NCBI GenBank assembly: GCA_964625145.1
Contig: CAZVAQ010000003.1
Coordinates: 1 to 39,143, forward strand
Source of the DNA: an uncultured Candidatus Sumerlaeota bacterium
Lineage (GTDB): Bacteria > Sumerlaeota > Sumerlaeia > SLMS01 > JAHLLQ01
Direction: 5' to 3'
DNA: 39,143 nt
Position numbers and translations under genes: made by a program. Below are positions 35,623-39,143 of the stretch, one piece after another (within the stretch, counting starts at the first letter, position 1; the number at the start of each line of letters is the position of its first letter). Below the pieces are notes generated by a model, which was not told the origin of the DNA, ran no database searches, and worked only from the letters and a program-made list of their open reading frames with translations.

Positions 35623-38436
35623 TCAGTCCTCCCGGATCTTGACGCCCACGTCCGTGCGAAACTCCGGCATTCCGACCGGAGCCCCGGTCACCGGCATGCG
35701 GCCGATGATGCTCCCGGTTGCCGTGTCCCAGAACTCAGCCACCTGATGCCGCGGCCCGATCAGCCCGTCGGGAAGTTCCGCATCCCGGATGGGGGGAAAG
35801 CCATCCAGTGTCGGCTCCGGGTCCATGGCGATGAAGCTGACCGTGGTCGCATCGGTCCGGCGAATCCACGCCAGCGTCCGGTCGTGCAGGTGCAGCGCGG
35901 AGGCCTCCAGGGAGACGCCCCCCGGCGTCTCAAACACAATCCGCGAGACCGTGCCAGGCCCGGTGTCCAATTGCTCGCCCGCCACAAAGGCGGCGATGCC
36001 CCGGTAGCGATGCCACAATCGGCGCGGCGCGATGTAGCCGTCCCACCACCAGCTCATCGCGCCGCCCGCCGCGCCGTTGGTCAGCGATGCCCAGTTGGTC
36101 GCGTGCAGGTTCCACCCCGACGCATCAACGCCGGTGGGAAGCTGTGCCACGCCGATTTCGCCCATGAACACCGGCTTGCCGTATCGCTCGTGCACGCGCG
36201 ACACGGTCCACCGGATCCTCGGCGGCCAATTGCCAACCTCATACGCATGGGGCTGCACAAAATGAATGTCCGCGGGCCCGTACACGCGGTCATCGTCGAT
36301 GGAGCTGATCGTGAACAGATGATTGTTCGGATCATGCGCGCGGACGGTGGCGGTCATTTCCTGCAGCCATGGCTCCAGGTTATCGCCGATCAGCCCGTCC
36401 GTCCACTCGATCTCGTTGAACCATTCCCACGCCATGATGTTCGGGCTGTGGGAGTAGCGGGCCATCAGGTACCGCAGGCGCCGCTTGAACAACTCGCGCG
36501 CAGTCTCATCAGTCAGGAACTCCGACGGATGCGACAGCGGTCCGCCGTTTGCCGCATTGTACGGATTGGAGTGCCACTCCGAGTTGACGCCGAGGCTCAA
36601 CTGCCCGTGGTTGATCAGGCACAACTGCACCTTGATCCCCAGCTCCTCGCACCGCCGCAGGATATGATCGAGCCTCCACAGGGCCGGCTGGCGCTCGTCG
36701 TACTGCCCCAATCCCGTGTCAGACCATTCCGGGCTGAAGCTGATGGAGAACATCCACACGCGGATGAAGTTCCCGCCATTGGCGGCCAGGGCCTCCAGCC
36801 ACTCGTCGTACGCCAGCGTCTGCCGGTTGCCGTCGCCATGATCCGCATACCAGCACAGGTTGAGCCCAATGGGAAAGTATGTGCTGCCATCGTCGTGGGC
36901 AAAGTAATGGCGGTTCCGCCCGCTGACCCGCACAAAGCCCGGATGAGTTGACTCCTCGACATGAAACTTCTGCTCGCTCGTCGCCGTGCCGTTCCGGTCG
37001 GTCACTGTCACGCGCGTGCGCCATTCTCCCGCTTCCGTCGGTGTGAATCGCACGAGCCATTGCGGGGCCTTTGCCGCGATCAGTTGCTCCTGCCCCTCGA
37101 TCACTTGACGTTCGAAGTCCCAATGATAAAAGCCCGGCACGCGCGCGATGGTTCCCGACGGAGCGACAAATTCCGCGTCGATCGCGATATCATCCGGGTC
37201 ATACGGATTGCCCCAAGTCGCGCTCAGGTCGACACGCGCCTCCAGCATCTCCATGCGCGGCACGGTGCTGTCACTCAACACGAGCCCGTTGATCGTTGGC
37301 GCGCCGTTGTGCACGGTGTTGCGGTGCGATGCAGGATCAAAGCCGATGACTGGGCTGACAGCCCGCCGCCCGCCGCCAACTCGCGTCAAGCCGGGCTCGG
37401 CCGCCGCATCCTCCCGAATCGCCAACTCATAGATGGAAAAGCCGTAAACGGTTGACCGCGTCTTCAAATCCAGTCGCACAGCCGTGGCTGTCAGCGCCTC
37501 AAACGTCACGACCTCCACGCCACCGCGACCGTCATCGATCATTGCGGCCGTGATCCAATCTCCCCCTGGTGTGCGCGCAAGGACATCGTAGGCCGCAGCC
37601 GAGGCCGTCTCCCAATGGATCGCCACCTGGTTGATGCGCTGTGGCGAACCAAACTCCACTTCCAGCCATTGGTTGTCGCCAGTCTCGGATGCCCATCGCG
37701 TGTCGTGGGACTCGTCGTTGACCGCGCTGGCCGGGGTCGATGCGCCTTCGATGCTGGAGGCGCGCACCGTCGCGTCCCACGCCACATTGCCCGGAGCGCG
37801 GAACAGTTCGTTCAATGCCGGCGGCAACCGGCGGGCTGTGGGGGAGGGCTCGATGCTTTCCTCTTCACCGCGCGCCACGCGACGCAGGTTGTCGAACTTC
37901 ACCATTGTATCAGAGTCGTGCCCCGTGAAGGACAACGACAGGCGCATCACGCCGCGTAGCCGCTCGCGCGGATACGCATCCAACTCCAGTGCCACGTCGC
38001 GGTGCTGGCCCGGCGTGACGATCACATTGCGACCGGTCATGTATTCCAAATTCGCGTCGTGCAGGTCCAACCGCAGGATCAAGGTTTTGTCCGTCGCGAC
38101 ATCCACGAGTAGCCGCGCATCTCCGGACAGATCCAACCCAACCGGCCCCGTCGGCAGGGACACCTGCGCCTTTCCATGGGCACGGTCCGGATGCAGCAGC
38201 ACGCGCATGGACCGCGTGCCCTGCGTCGCGAAGTCCTCTGATGTCTCCACGCCATGGACGTCGGTTTCCCATGGGCTTCCATCGCCGTGCCATTCCCAGC
38301 GCAGTCGACCTTCAAAGTCATCGATCAGATCCACGTCCTGCGCGGCGCAGGAAGCCGCCAATGTGCAGGCGATCAGGACGTAGCCGAAGGTTTGCGACAT
38401 CCGGCACATGCGGGCGTGAGGGCGTGTGAAAGCCAT
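35623..38436 (-). CDS. Secreted modular hydrolase: CBM-like + F5/8C (CBM32-like) + DUF5060 + clan GH-A catalytic domain
   Basis: Signal peptide, LIDDFEG..W, TRWASETGDNQWLEVEFG...WE...SIYEL (discoidin), NPYDPDDI, WLVRFTP, GGNFIRVW, WEWFNEIE, MGEIG, MSWWW. The start may be a slightly downstream ATG. Confidence 0.85.
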   Translation of the reverse strand: MAFTRPHARMCRMSQTFGYVLIACTLAASCAAQDVDLIDDFEGRLRWEWHGDGSPWETDVHGVETSEDFATQGTRSMRVLLHPDRAHGKAQVSLPTGPVGLDLSGDARLLVDVATDKTLILRLDLHDANLEYMTGRNVIVTPGQHRDVALELDAYPRERLRGVMRLSLSFTGHDSDTMVKFDNLRRVARGEEESIEPSPTARRLPPALNELFRAPGNVAWDATVRASSIEGASTPASAVNDESHDTRWASETGDNQWLEVEFGSPQRINQVAIHWETASAAAYDVLARTPGGDWITAAMIDDGRGGVEVVTFEALTATAVRLDLKTRSTVYGFSIYELAIREDAAAEPGLTRVGGGRRAVSPVIGFDPASHRNTVHNGAPTINGLVLSDSTVPRMEMLEARVDLSATWGNPYDPDDIAIDAEFVAPSGTIARVPGFYHWDFERQVIEGQEQLIAAKAPQWLVRFTPTEAGEWRTRVTVTDRNGTATSEQKFHVEESTHPGFVRVSGRNRHYFAHDDGSTYFPIGLNLCWYADHGDGNRQTLAYDEWLEALAANGGNFIRVWMFSISFSPEWSDTGLGQYDERQPALWRLDHILRRCEELGIKVQLCLINHGQLSLGVNSEWHSNPYNAANGGPLSHPSEFLTDETARELFKRRLRYLMARYSHSPNIMAWEWFNEIEWTDGLIGDNLEPWLQEMTATVRAHDPNNHLFTISSIDDDRVYGPADIHFVQPHAYEVGNWPPRIRWTVSRVHERYGKPVFMGEIGVAQLPTGVDASGWNLHATNWASLTNGAAGGAMSWWWDGYIAPRRLWHRYRGIAAFVAGEQLDTGPGTVSRIVFETPGGVSLEASALHLHDRTLAWIRRTDATTVSFIAMDPEPTLDGFPPIRDAELPDGLIGPRHQVAEFWDTATGSIIGRMPVTGAPVGMPEFRTDVGVKIRED

Positions 38437-38440
38437 GGAC

Positions 38441-39103
38441 TCAGCGTTCGATCACTGTTCCGCCGGCGGCGAACTTGCCGATGTCGCCAAGGCTGATCGT
38501 GCCGTTTGTCGCATCGTACTGGTTCCCATAGCCACCATAGGAGGTGACCATGAAACCGTTCACGCGATCAGGTCCCATCGACCAAAGGACGTAGCCCATC
38601 TTGGTGTCCAGAACCTGGGGGGCGTGTTCGGCGCTCGGCAGCAGGTAATGATCGTAGAATCGCGAGCGAACGTACTGACCTTCCTGGTGCGCGGCTTCGT
38701 AGAAGTAATGCTGCTGGGCGGCGTAGAACGAACCGCCCGCCGTTTGCGTGCCGCCGACGGCGAAGGGATCCTTCAGCAGGCCGACCGTCAGATAACTCAC
38801 CGGCGAAGTCAGTTGCCACGGCAGCCCAAAGAAATTCCATCCCGTACCCGGATCATGATAACGCCCGCGGTTGTTGCCTTCGGGAGTGTAGATGTTGAAC
38901 GGCACGGCGTTGTTATCCACCGCATATCCGGCAATGCCCAGGTTTAGCGTGCGGATGTCAGCGTACACGCGCGAGACCTTGGACCGCGTCTGCGCTTCCA
39001 GAAAGTTCGGAACCGCAATGGCAGCCAGAATGGCGATGATCGCCACCACGATGAGCAGTTCAATCAGGGTGAAAGCTCGGAACATCTTCCGTGAAGTCTT
39101 CAT
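38441..39103 (-). CDS. Prepilin-type N-methylation (GspG/pseudopilin-like) protein
   Basis: A|FTLIELLIVVAIIAILAAIAVPNFLEAQTRSKVSR, LTSPVSY, SMGPD, YDATNGTISLGDI. Confidence 0.9.
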   Translation of the reverse strand: MKTSRKMFRAFTLIELLIVVAIIAILAAIAVPNFLEAQTRSKVSRVYADIRTLNLGIAGYAVDNNAVPFNIYTPEGNNRGRYHDPGTGWNFFGLPWQLTSPVSYLTVGLLKDPFAVGGTQTAGGSFYAAQQHYFYEAAHQEGQYVRSRFYDHYLLPSAEHAPQVLDTKMGYVLWSMGPDRVNGFMVTSYGGYGNQYDATNGTISLGDIGKFAAGGTVIER

Positions 39104-39143
39104 GGGGGGGGCAGCCTCTGGCGGGGGGGTCACTGAAGTTGGT

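Noticed and set aside
35266-36951. 561-aa + strand ORF
   Set aside because: Arg/Pro-rich antisense shadow of the well-supported minus-strand hydrolase, which is typical of high-GC DNA.

Overview
High-GC bacterial DNA, densely coding and dominated by carbohydrate-related loci. From left to right it holds: a REP-like palindromic repeat cluster with a YhcG/DUF1016 nuclease; a UroD/MtaA-family gene; a coupled glycan-biosynthesis operon (clan GH-A hydrolase-GT2 fusion, pilin-like protein, ABC exporter, GT4, pyruvyl-transferase-like protein, GT-B-like protein); a GntR-LacI regulator; and mmsA/iolA. Next is a divergent ROK-regulated sugar locus. Its leftward arm has a pilin-like protein, a five-repeat secreted protein and a GH16-like enzyme. 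Its rightward arm has ROK, a CBM9/GH18-like protein, a sugar ABC importer and a GH94 phosphorylase. A second leftward locus has a pilin-like protein, two DUF5060/GH-A hydrolase paralogues and a CBM-like protein. The most notable pattern is three paralogous prepilin/GspG-like genes embedded in glycan loci. Alongside them, five secreted proteins share a short C-terminal tail (Pro-containing linker, D/S, W/F, then a few mostly hydrophobic or aromatic residues) that could be an uncharacterised sorting or anchoring signal. The pilin family and tails resemble what I recall from Sumerlaeota (BRC1)-like genomes, which is inference only. No rRNA, tRNA or CRISPR array was seen. All family calls come from motif recognition by eye, not from database searches.
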